Shown here piece after piece: positions 7,344-15,194 of a stretch of 53,175 bases of DNA. The DNA is from a virus (Duplodnaviria; Caudoviricetes): positions 1 through 53,175 of IMG/VR virus record IMGVR_UViG_3300025889_000163; one strand, written 5' to 3'. How positions within the stretch are numbered: position 1 is the first letter of the stretch; each line of letters starts with the position of its first letter. The notes below the pieces were generated by a model. It was not told the origin of the DNA. It ran no database searches and was given only the letters and a program-made list of their open reading frames with translations. A program made the position numbers and the translations under genes.

Positions 7344-7773
7344 ATATAGGTGCAAAATTAAAAAAGTTGTCGACGGAGATACTGTCGACGTTGACATTGA
7401 TCTTGGTTTTGATGTTGTTCTTACCGATCAGCGTATTCGCCTTTACGGTATTGATACTCCTGAGTCACGTACTAGAGATGAAGTGGAAAAGAAGTACGGA
7501 CTCATTGCAAAAGAATATCTCAAGTCCAAACTTGGAAAAGAAGGAACCCTAAAAACTCATAAAGATGCAACTGGTAAGTTTGGTCGCATCCTTGGTGAGT
7601 TTATCGTATATGACGAAGATAAAGATGCATGGCGTTCTGTGAACACTATGATGATTGAGAAACATATGGCAGTAGAATATTATGGGCAAAGCAAAGAAGA
7701 CATCCAAGAGCAGCACCTCAAAAACAGGGAACTCATCGACGAAAGATACCTCTCTGACATTGAAGTGCACTAA
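7321..7773 (+). CDS. Thermonuclease (SNase-like)
   Basis: VVDGDTVD, RIRLYGIDTPES, GKFGRILG; true start may be slightly downstream (MTMYEY). Confidence 0.9.
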   Translation: MEKMTMYEYRCKIKKVVDGDTVDVDIDLGFDVVLTDQRIRLYGIDTPESRTRDEVEKKYGLIAKEYLKSKLGKEGTLKTHKDATGKFGRILGEFIVYDEDKDAWRSVNTMMIEKHMAVEYYGQSKEDIQEQHLKNRELIDERYLSDIEVH

Positions 7774-7894
7774 AAAAGGAAACTTTGTTCTCGAGCATAA
7801 TGGGAATAAATGGCGATATCCTCGTGACAAATACCCAGAAGCATATAAACATATGATGTCTTTGTTTCGTCCAGCGTCAGGTGACCCTAAATGA
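7682..7894 (+). CDS. Hypothetical basic protein
   Basis: Fills the gap to the next gene with an ATGA junction, but overlaps the nuclease by 92 nt. Confidence 0.4.
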   Translation: MGKAKKTSKSSTSKTGNSSTKDTSLTLKCTKKGNFVLEHNGNKWRYPRDKYPEAYKHMMSLFRPASGDPK

Positions 7895-8733
7895 ACCTGG
7901 TATTTCAATATCAAATGAGCGATCCGTCAGTTGACGATCGTAGCAATCTTGATGGATTGCCTCGTCACGAATTTTATAATAAAGTAAAAGACATAAGTTC
8001 AAGATCATTCCAGCAATATGCTAAAGATATTGGAGCAGAGTATTATTTTACTGATCAAGATTATTTTCCAGAATCTTCTGTTAAACACTACTTGAAATTC
8101 TTTTACAATATTGCTGGTCTTTGGATGGATCCCTTCTTTGATTCTTATGAAAATGTTTTGTATGTCGACACTGATATTGTTTGCAATACAAAAGAAAATA
8201 TATTTGATCAACATACTGGAGAAATAAGTGGTGTGTTGGAAAGCGATATTAAAGATGACAGGGGAAAATATCCATATGCTGCATGGGATATTAAACAAAG
8301 TTCTTTTCAGACTTTAGTTTCTGCCTATGAAGCAAACGAAGTATCCATTGAGGATGCAATGGTTTTGCCGCCAAATAATCCATCTCGAGTTCTTTGTTAT
8401 AATACTGGTGTTCTCGTTTGGTCGAAAGATGCCAGAGTAAAAGCTAGAGAAAAATGGGATCACTGGGAACGATGGTTTAATAATGGGATTGAATTAAAGT
8501 TACCAGCCTGGGCAAACAATGATCAATTTTATATAAGCGCACAGTGCGTTAAACATGATATGGATATGAACTTCCTTGATCAAACATGGAATGACAGTCC
8601 ACATTATGCTAATCCAGAACAATTGCTAGAAAGTAATTTCTTACATTATTCTGGCGGAGAACTCAAAAAACAAATGTTAAGAAGGTATGAACAAGGATGG
8701 TTCCCAACAATTAAACCTGAGGATAAAACATGA
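7891..8733 (+). CDS. GT-A fold glycosyltransferase (GT8-like)
   Basis: VLYVDTD (DxD), YNTGVLV, NNDQ, TWN, FLHYSG. Confidence 0.8.
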   Translation: MNLVFQYQMSDPSVDDRSNLDGLPRHEFYNKVKDISSRSFQQYAKDIGAEYYFTDQDYFPESSVKHYLKFFYNIAGLWMDPFFDSYENVLYVDTDIVCNTKENIFDQHTGEISGVLESDIKDDRGKYPYAAWDIKQSSFQTLVSAYEANEVSIEDAMVLPPNNPSRVLCYNTGVLVWSKDARVKAREKWDHWERWFNNGIELKLPAWANNDQFYISAQCVKHDMDMNFLDQTWNDSPHYANPEQLLESNFLHYSGGELKKQMLRRYEQGWFPTIKPEDKT

Positions 8734-8921
8734 GCAATGTAGTTAGTTTTTGTGACTATCGTCAACGCAGATTAGAACAGATTCAAGAAAATGAGTGGGA
8801 TTTATTGGATGAAGTTTTGATGAACTTAGGCGACACTGCCACTGTAACCTTGACATTGTCCGACGAAAACGGTAACATAATCTGGTCTAGTAATGGAGAA
8901 TTTGATGATAACCCGAAGTGA
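8730..8921 (+). CDS. Hypothetical protein
   Basis: GAGGA RBS, ATGA overlap; MSNVVSF.DYR start. Confidence 0.65.
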   Translation: MSNVVSFCDYRQRRLEQIQENEWDLLDEVLMNLGDTATVTLTLSDENGNIIWSSNGEFDDNPK

Positions 8922-9102
8922 TTTTAATGAAAATGCGTTCGATCTATTGATTCGCAACGCATTGATTGAACAACTGGAAGATTTCGTAGATACTATGAAC
9001 GTTGATAGTATTCGTGATACTACCTTGGTTGAAGCATTTAAACGTGTAATTGCATACAACAGTGTGCCCGGAACTTATGAGGATGGACAATATGACATGT
9101 GA
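8893..9102 (+). CDS. Hypothetical protein
   Basis: Acidic 69-aa ORF in the operon; AFKRVIAYNSVP motif. Confidence 0.6.
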   Translation: MENLMITRSDFNENAFDLLIRNALIEQLEDFVDTMNVDSIRDTTLVEAFKRVIAYNSVPGTYEDGQYDM

Positions 9103-9775
9103 AGTGAGTCTTGTAGGCATGACAATGCCCAGCGCAACCACTGGTTGTCATTCTGCTAACGAATTGATTGCCTATGCTGCTCGGGTGAGCAACCCCAGTA
9201 ACCAGAACAATGAGAAGACTGCACCAAAGTTGTTACGTTATCTTATTAAAGAAGGTCACTGGTCTCCATTCGAGATGGTTTCAGTCACAATGGAAATTAA
9301 AACAACCCGAGATATCTCTAGGCAAATCCTAAGGCATCGGTCGTTCTCATTCCAAGAGTTTTCTCAGCGTTATGCGGTAAGCGAAGGGTTTGTAACTACG
9401 CGAGAAGCACGTAAACAGCATCCTACGAATCGACAGTTGTCAATGGTAGATGAAGACCCAAGCAAGCAAAAGAAAGCACAAGAAGTCTTTAACGAAATGC
9501 AAGCAGAGGTTGCCAAGGTTGCTAAAGACTACTATGAGATGGCGCTGAATAATGGCATTGCTAAAGAACAAGCACGTGCACTGCTTCCTGAGGGTCTCAC
9601 TGAGACTACTTTGTATATGGCAGGGACGTTACGCTCCTGGGTGCATTATTGCGAACTGAGGCGAGCACACGGAACTCAGGCAGAGCATATTGAGGTTGCC
9701 GACAAGTGTTGGGAAATCCTTGGGGTTCATTTCCCTGATGTAGTTAAAGCAGTGGAGATGCTAAATGAACATTGA
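9092..9775 (+). CDS. thyX: Flavin-dependent thymidylate synthase ThyX
   Basis: GHWSPFE, RQILRHRSFSFQEFSQRY, AKEQARALLP, GTLRSWVHY, TQAEH; ATG 9092 in frame with track ORF 9050..9775. Confidence 0.96.
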   Translation: MTCEVSLVGMTMPSATTGCHSANELIAYAARVSNPSNQNNEKTAPKLLRYLIKEGHWSPFEMVSVTMEIKTTRDISRQILRHRSFSFQEFSQRYAVSEGFVTTREARKQHPTNRQLSMVDEDPSKQKKAQEVFNEMQAEVAKVAKDYYEMALNNGIAKEQARALLPEGLTETTLYMAGTLRSWVHYCELRRAHGTQAEHIEVADKCWEILGVHFPDVVKAVEMLNEH

Positions 9776-10172
9776 GATTGGTAAGACCTATCGCATGATG
9801 AACGCTTATAAGAAAAGCGTCATTGAGATCGAGTACAAGAAAAAGGGAAAGAAGCAAGCAGTAATCGAAACCTGCTGGCGCAGTGGTTCCTGGAATGTAA
9901 CGCCGATGAATGAAGACGAAATTAAATATCTTCAGGATGGATTGAACGGCGAGTCGATCGAGATCTATGAATTCCAAGAACTAGAGTTCCTGGAGACTTG
10001 GGACGGTTGTTCTGAAGACTGGGAATTCTACAACATTGACGATGAATCAGAGCAGGAGGAAATTCAAGAAGGTTGGTGGGAAGATGGACACATGTGGTTT
10101 GACGATAACGGTTGGGAAGAATTAGATCCCGAAGTAATCATTCATAATGGTATTCTCTTAGAGGAAGTATAA
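9765..10172 (+). CDS. Acidic hypothetical protein
   Basis: GGAG RBS; Trp/Asp/Glu-rich (ETWDGCSEDW). Confidence 0.7.
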   Translation: MNIEIGKTYRMMNAYKKSVIEIEYKKKGKKQAVIETCWRSGSWNVTPMNEDEIKYLQDGLNGESIEIYEFQELEFLETWDGCSEDWEFYNIDDESEQEEIQEGWWEDGHMWFDDNGWEELDPEVIIHNGILLEEV

Positions 10173-10327
10173 TGAAAGTTGGTGATAAACTTAATGGTGG
10201 TACAATCGTAGAGGTTTTTGAAGACGAAAGCGGATATGCTGTTTCTCGTAAAAACAAAAAAGAGGAAAATTATCCTCACCACAAAACTGAATATGTAACT
10301 TTTGTAAGGAAAACTAATGAACGGTAA
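10172..10327 (+). CDS. Small hypothetical protein (51 aa), not in the ORF track
   Basis: TAATG overlap, GAGGA RBS; MKVGDKLNGGTIVEVFEDES... Confidence 0.6.
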   Translation: MKVGDKLNGGTIVEVFEDESGYAVSRKNKKEENYPHHKTEYVTFVRKTNER

Positions 10328-10577
10328 GAAAGCAAAACTTCTTCGGAAAGTAGGTAAGTTTGATAATATCTCTAAGAAATTGTATAATAGTCTTTCTTGG
10401 CACAATAAAACAATTCTTGGTATGCTGTACAATCATCTTATTGAGAAACACAAAGATTCGCCGGAAAATCTTCCAAAAAAACCTGATCCTCGTTATCGTG
10501 TGCAAAATGAAGATGGTTCTAATAGAAAGTACCGTAGAACTCAAATGTCTCTATTAAGAAGATCTAAGATCTCGTAA
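10317..10577 (+). CDS. Basic hypothetical protein
   Basis: AAGGA RBS; MNGKKAKLLRK start. Confidence 0.65.
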   Translation: MNGKKAKLLRKVGKFDNISKKLYNSLSWHNKTILGMLYNHLIEKHKDSPENLPKKPDPRYRVQNEDGSNRKYRRTQMSLLRRSKIS

Positions 10578-10583
10578 GAAAAA

Positions 10584-11318
10584 ATGAAATTTAAAAACGG
10601 TTGGTATCTAATAGAAGAAGAAACCGATATGGGGTATGATCTTTGGAACACCACCCAACCCTGGCAAGATGGACTAATGTTTAAAACCATGTCATATTGC
10701 AATCATATGAGAACTGCAATAGACATTGGGTGCGCTTATGGTGCAACAACATTACCTCTTGCCAAAAATTTCAATCATGTTCATAGTTTTGATATGAACA
10801 AAACTCTCTCTGAATGTTTTGTAAAAAACACTTCTGGTTTTAATAACATAACGCATTATGTAACTGGTCTTACGGATAAAGATGAAAAACGAACAGCGTT
10901 TTTTGCTAAGTGGAGTGGATATTCCACCTTACGAGAAAACCAATTTGAAACATTAAAGACTAATCTAGGAGGATATAAAGAAGAAGTTTCATGTACTTTT
11001 CTAGATAAATTTCAAATTGAAGATGTAGATCTTTTAAAAATTGATGCTGAAGGCGAAGAACTCTCTATTCTGCGAGGGGCAAGATATACTATAGGCAAAT
11101 ACAAACCAGTTGTCGTCCTAGAAAATGGTAAAAACAAGAGAGAACAAGAGTTTATATCTGCATTACATGATATAATTGGATATATTCCTGTTGAGAATTG
11201 GAGATACGATACCATTTTTATTCATCCAAATCTTCTAAAAAAGAAACGAAAAAATAATTTGACATCCTTTTTATTAAACCGTAAACTATATACAGAAAAT
11301 TTGATGGAAATAAAATGA
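10584..11318 (+). CDS. FkbM family methyltransferase
   Basis: AIDIGCAYG, VDLLKIDAEGEELSILRGARYTIGKYKPVVVLE. Confidence 0.9.
   Translation: MKFKNGWYLIEEETDMGYDLWNTTQPWQDGLMFKTMSYCNHMRTAIDIGCAYGATTLPLAKNFNHVHSFDMNKTLSECFVKNTSGFNNITHYVTGLTDKDEKRTAFFAKWSGYSTLRENQFETLKTNLGGYKEEVSCTFLDKFQIEDVDLLKIDAEGEELSILRGARYTIGKYKPVVVLENGKNKREQEFISALHDIIGYIPVENWRYDTIFIHPNLLKKKRKNNLTSFLLNRKLYTENLMEIK
11259..11287 (+). promoter_or_regulatory. sigma70-type promoter
   Basis: TTGACA-17 nt-TAAACT upstream of 11315. Confidence 0.7.
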
Positions 11319-11911
11319 ACGTATTTTTCTTATCAGAAGAACCAGAAAAATGTGCAATAGAACATGTTGACAAACATGTTGTTAAAATGAATGTCGAATA
11401 TGCTCAACTACTTTCTACCGCACATCGCGTTTTAGATGGAACCTATTGGGAAGGCAGATCTACTACAGGTAGAAAAGTCTCAAGATTCTTCCTTGAAGAA
11501 GGTGAACTAAATCAAAAGCTTTACTTAGCAGCTCATATAAACCATCCTTCTGCTAAATGGGTTAGAAAATCTAAAGCAAACTATGATTGGTTATACAAAC
11601 TTTGGATGTCGCTCGGTAGAGAATTCACATATAGATATGGGAAGATGCATAAATCAATACAAGATTTGCAAATATATCTAATTGATGCACCAGCGAATAT
11701 TTCTGATGGACCTTTTACAGAACCACCTCCAGCAATGACTCAATTCCCCGAATGCATTGTTCCAGGCGATTCTATCAAATCATACAGAAATTATTATTGG
11801 ACAGCAAAAAAAGATTTTGCTGTTTGGACAAAACGAGATAAACCTACATGGTGGCAAGATTATGAACGGAAAGGGCAGCAAGAGGCGTCCAATGGAAATA
11901 TCCCAGTCTGA
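11315..11911 (+). CDS. Pyrimidine-dimer DNA glycosylase/DenV-related protein
   Basis: MNVFFL...HVDKHVVKM..EYAQLLSTAH, HINHPSAKWVR, EFTYRYGKMH, SYRNYY. Confidence 0.75.
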   Translation: MNVFFLSEEPEKCAIEHVDKHVVKMNVEYAQLLSTAHRVLDGTYWEGRSTTGRKVSRFFLEEGELNQKLYLAAHINHPSAKWVRKSKANYDWLYKLWMSLGREFTYRYGKMHKSIQDLQIYLIDAPANISDGPFTEPPPAMTQFPECIVPGDSIKSYRNYYWTAKKDFAVWTKRDKPTWWQDYERKGQQEASNGNIPV

Positions 11912-12170
11912 ATTCGATATTCAATGGGATCTTATATTCGGAGGTAAAAATATGAAACACGAACATCAACGAGGAATTATCACAGAAGAACTTTCTCGAT
12001 ATTTTTCTGCTGACGGTAGACGTGAAGGCGTTGTAGTGAAAAGCGAAAAGGGGTTTATGGTAGAACTGTACGAAAATAAAAAATATATCAAAACAGTAGA
12101 TGTTACTAATCATAGTGAACAGTATGCAGAAGACACTGCAGAAAATTGGACGCTTGGAGTATTGAATTGA
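11862..12170 (+). CDS. Hypothetical protein (possible internal start at 11952)
   Basis: MNGKGSKRRP...WDLIFGGK peptide in frame with a second ATG that has its own GGAGGT RBS; ends YAEDTAENWTLG. Confidence 0.6.
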   Translation: MNGKGSKRRPMEISQSEFDIQWDLIFGGKNMKHEHQRGIITEELSRYFSADGRREGVVVKSEKGFMVELYENKKYIKTVDVTNHSEQYAEDTAENWTLGVLN

Positions 12171-12943
12171 AAATTGTAGTTGCTGGTTATGGTCCAGTTG
12201 GACAGGCAGTTGTAGAGGCAACGATACAACATCCAGGCGAAATTGATTATTTTATTGATGATCATGCGAAAGGATATGAAGTTGATCCGGTACTTCTTGA
12301 CACACCAGATGGCGTAGTAGTTTGTGTTGCGACACCTATGAGAAAGGATGGTACATGTAATACCGATCATGTCAAAGAAGTCTTTCAAAAATACGGAGAT
12401 ACAAAGTATTTGATTAAATCGGCAGTAGATCCTGTTTGGTTGAGTCAATACGCCAAAGCATTCAAAGGCAGTTATACTTACTCACCCGAGTTTCTGCGAG
12501 GCAGTCATGCGCATGGTGATCCAACTCAAGAATTTCTTAACCAAACATTTGCTATTTACGGTGGTGATGATTGTCGTTGGTGGGACGAATTTTTTCGAGC
12601 GTGTTTGCCTAATTTGAAAGACGTTAAATACGGGACACTAGAACAAGCAGCGTTTGCTAAATACGTTGAGAATTGTTTTCTAGCGACCAAAGTTACTTTC
12701 TTTAACGAGATGTATAGAATATATCATAGTCTTGGGTTTGAAGGATTTGACCAGATGGTTGATCTTGCGTGTATGGATGCAAGGATTGGTAGGTCTCACA
12801 CTCAGGTTCCCGGACCAGATGGTAAGTTTGGATATGGCGGACATTGTCTTCCTAAAGACATTTCTGCGTTGAGAAATCTTGCGAAAGAAAGTCCTCTATT
12901 GGACGCAGTTGTAGATATCAACGACGAGTTAAGAAATGCCTAA
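12167..12943 (+). CDS. ugd: UDP-glucose/GDP-mannose dehydrogenase family protein (short form)
   Basis: VAGYGPVG Rossmann motif, VCVATP, YSPEFLRG, AKYVENCFLATKVTFFNE, GYGGHCLPKD; lacks the C-terminal domain; TTG start. Confidence 0.88.
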   Translation: MKIVVAGYGPVGQAVVEATIQHPGEIDYFIDDHAKGYEVDPVLLDTPDGVVVCVATPMRKDGTCNTDHVKEVFQKYGDTKYLIKSAVDPVWLSQYAKAFKGSYTYSPEFLRGSHAHGDPTQEFLNQTFAIYGGDDCRWWDEFFRACLPNLKDVKYGTLEQAAFAKYVENCFLATKVTFFNEMYRIYHSLGFEGFDQMVDLACMDARIGRSHTQVPGPDGKFGYGGHCLPKDISALRNLAKESPLLDAVVDINDELRNA

Positions 12944-13661
12944 AAAGAAAAAAGGCACTTTTATCCCTAAGAAAAAGAAGACCCTTGTCCCAGAACCTAA
13001 TTGGGACAAGTTGAAACTTGCTAATACCGAAGAAGAAAAACTTGCTGCTTTTGTTGCTTGTGAAGAATTTGTACACCACGAAATAACAGATAGAGAATAT
13101 CTTCATTGGTTAAAAAAATGGTTGCGAGAATATTCTGGTTGGGATGTACGTGAAGCAGTTGAGATAATACCAGACGTGTATCTAATTTCTTTTGGTAAAC
13201 ATGGTTGGAAAGCAGTTAGACTTGGTTTTATACCAGAAAAGATTTATAATAGTCTTAGAAAAAATCTCTTTCCTTTGTTGATGCGGGCAGAAGAATTAAA
13301 ACGTAAAAATACTCCTGACCCTGCAATACACGAATCAGTTTCAAATAGAGAACCGGACTATTTTCTACATCCAGATAAAGTCAAAGGTTGGATTGATACT
13401 TGGAAAGCATATCTTCAAAACTCTAAACATGATGCTGAGTCGAACGATATAAACATAAGAATTCGTTATCAAACTGCTTTAACATATGTCGCAAATATGC
13501 AAAACTATCTAAGAACTGGGATTTGGAATGATAGTCGTTTTGGCGAGAAACGAGAAAGTAAAATTATGTGGGTTGTTAAATCTCTTGCTTATGATAATGA
13601 AGGTAACGTAAAAAGAACAAAGGGATTTTACTATCCAGACATACAAGGAATATGGGAATGA
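12936..13661 (+). CDS. Hypothetical protein
   Basis: 241-aa ORF coupled to gp33; C-terminal NMQNYLRTGIW...FGE motif. Confidence 0.7.
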   Translation: MPKKKKGTFIPKKKKTLVPEPNWDKLKLANTEEEKLAAFVACEEFVHHEITDREYLHWLKKWLREYSGWDVREAVEIIPDVYLISFGKHGWKAVRLGFIPEKIYNSLRKNLFPLLMRAEELKRKNTPDPAIHESVSNREPDYFLHPDKVKGWIDTWKAYLQNSKHDAESNDINIRIRYQTALTYVANMQNYLRTGIWNDSRFGEKRESKIMWVVKSLAYDNEGNVKRTKGFYYPDIQGIWE

Positions 13662-13894
13662 ATTTAGACGGAATTATGATAACTAAAAAGAAATTTTCTA
13701 TGCTGGTAGAGAAAGAAGTTCTTACTAAAAAGCTCTCATATATTGATGCTATTGTTCACCTTTGCGAACAATTAAATCTTGAGATTGAAGACATCAAGAA
13801 ATTTATTTCTCAATCAATCGAACTACATTTGGAAGAAGAAGCAAAACAATTAAACTTTATTCCAAAGTCAAACAAATTACCACTTGACATCTAA
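13652..13894 (+). CDS. gp33: Late transcription co-activator gp33
   Basis: KKKFSMLVE...SYIDAIVHLCE...EAKQLNFIPK..KLP; upstream of gp32. Confidence 0.88.
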   Translation: MGMNLDGIMITKKKFSMLVEKEVLTKKLSYIDAIVHLCEQLNLEIEDIKKFISQSIELHLEEEAKQLNFIPKSNKLPLDI

Positions 13895-13912
13895 AAAGAA
13901 TTTATGTACTAT
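13884..13912 (+). promoter_or_regulatory. sigma70-type promoter for gene 32
   Basis: TTGACA-17 nt-TACTAT. Confidence 0.75.
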
Positions 13913-13983
13913 ATACTTCTATATGATGAATTTTGTGGATAATAAAACATACTAAACATACAATGTAATACGAGGTAATACTT

Positions 13984-14862
13984 ATGTCTTTTGCAACACT
14001 AAAGCGCGATCGCGCAAACTCAATCGCTAAACTTGTCGCAGCGGCAGGTGACGGCGAACAGAAAGTCCAAAAATCCTACGCAGATGAGCGTCAATGGAAA
14101 CCTACTGTCGACAAGGCAGGAAATGGTTATGCCGTACTACGTTTTCTTCCTGCGGCAGAAGGTAATGAACTCCCATGGGTTCGTTATTGGGATCATGGAT
14201 TTAAAGGACCAACTGGTCAATGGTACATCGAAAAGTCATTGACTTCTATTGGTCAACAGGATCCCGTTTCAGAATCAAACTCCAAACTTTGGAACTCTGG
14301 TAATGAACGTGATAAAGAAATTGCTCGTGAGCGCAAGCGTCGATTGCATTATGTAGCAAATGTTCTGGTTGAATCAGATCCTGCTAATCCCGAAAATGAA
14401 GGCAAAGTAATGCTATTCACTTTCGGTAAAAAAATCTTCGACAAAATTATGGATGTTATGCAACCACAATTTGCTGACGAAGATCCAATCAATCCTTTTG
14501 ACTTTTGGGAAGGTGCTTCATTTAAACTGAAGATCCGCAACGTAGAAGGATATCGTAATTACGATAAGTCCGAGTTCTCTTCTCCTTCTGTTTTATCAGA
14601 AGATGATTCTGAACTGGAAAGTATTTACGAATCTCTACATAACCTCAACGAGTTTACTGATCCAGAGAACTATAAGTCGTATGCTGAATTACAAGCACGA
14701 TTATTGATGGTTCTTGGCGAAGCAAATAATCAAGGTTATCATCCTGAACTTGAGCAGATGGAAGAACCTGTTGTTGCTAAAGCAGCACCAGCACCAGAAA
14801 TTTCTGGCGACGATGAAGACGATGCAATGTCGTATTTTGCTAAATTAGCAGAAGAGGACTAA
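13984..14862 (+). CDS. gp32: Single-stranded DNA-binding protein gp32 (Zn-free type)
   Basis: DERQWKPTVDKAGNGYAVLRFLP, FGKKIFDKI, NPFDFWEGASFKLKIR, YRNYDKSEF, acidic tail ending SYFAKLAEED. Confidence 0.97.
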   Translation: MSFATLKRDRANSIAKLVAAAGDGEQKVQKSYADERQWKPTVDKAGNGYAVLRFLPAAEGNELPWVRYWDHGFKGPTGQWYIEKSLTSIGQQDPVSESNSKLWNSGNERDKEIARERKRRLHYVANVLVESDPANPENEGKVMLFTFGKKIFDKIMDVMQPQFADEDPINPFDFWEGASFKLKIRNVEGYRNYDKSEFSSPSVLSEDDSELESIYESLHNLNEFTDPENYKSYAELQARLLMVLGEANNQGYHPELEQMEEPVVAKAAPAPEISGDDEDDAMSYFAKLAEED

Positions 14863-15081
14863 ATGGCTAAAACTGTATTGACCAACTTTAGGTTAGACGA
14901 AGAAACGCACCGAAAATTTAGAATTTGGTGCATAGAAAACGGAACAACTGCAGCAGATCATTTACGAAAGATGATTGACGATACTTTAGCAGGGAAAACC
15001 TATGCGAAAGCAGAAGAAAAACGTGCTATTGATAAAAAGAAAGCAGATCTAAATGCCTGGTTGGAAAATGAGTGGAATTAA
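14863..15081 (+). CDS. Ribbon-helix-helix (Arc/CopG/ParG-like) DNA-binding protein
   Basis: TNFRLDEETHRKFRIWCIENGTTAADHLRKMIDDTL. Confidence 0.7.
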   Translation: MAKTVLTNFRLDEETHRKFRIWCIENGTTAADHLRKMIDDTLAGKTYAKAEEKRAIDKKKADLNAWLENEWN

Positions 15082-15170
15082 ACGCGTGGGTTGATCACCT
15101 TGGGTATCCTGCTAGACAGGAGTGCTGTGGCGCGTTGTAACAAGCACTTAAAATCACCAAAACAATTACT

Positions 15171-15194
15171 AAGGGGACTTCGGTCCCCTTTTTT
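15171..15194. terminator. Rho-independent terminator between convergent transcription units
   Basis: AAGGGGAC-TTCG-GTCCCCTT followed by a T run; C(UUCG)G tetraloop typical of T4-like phages. Confidence 0.92.

Noticed and set aside
9092-14862. Introns, inteins or homing endonucleases in thyX or gene 32
   Set aside because: Both ORFs are continuous and of normal length, and no HNH, GIY-YIG or LAGLIDADG ORF is visible.
15081-15160. SAM-II/SAM-V riboswitch or known self-cleaving ribozyme
   Set aside because: AAGCACTTAAAA is only superficially SAM-V-like, no gene lies downstream on this strand, and hammerhead, twister and pistol cores are absent. Kept only as an unknown structure.
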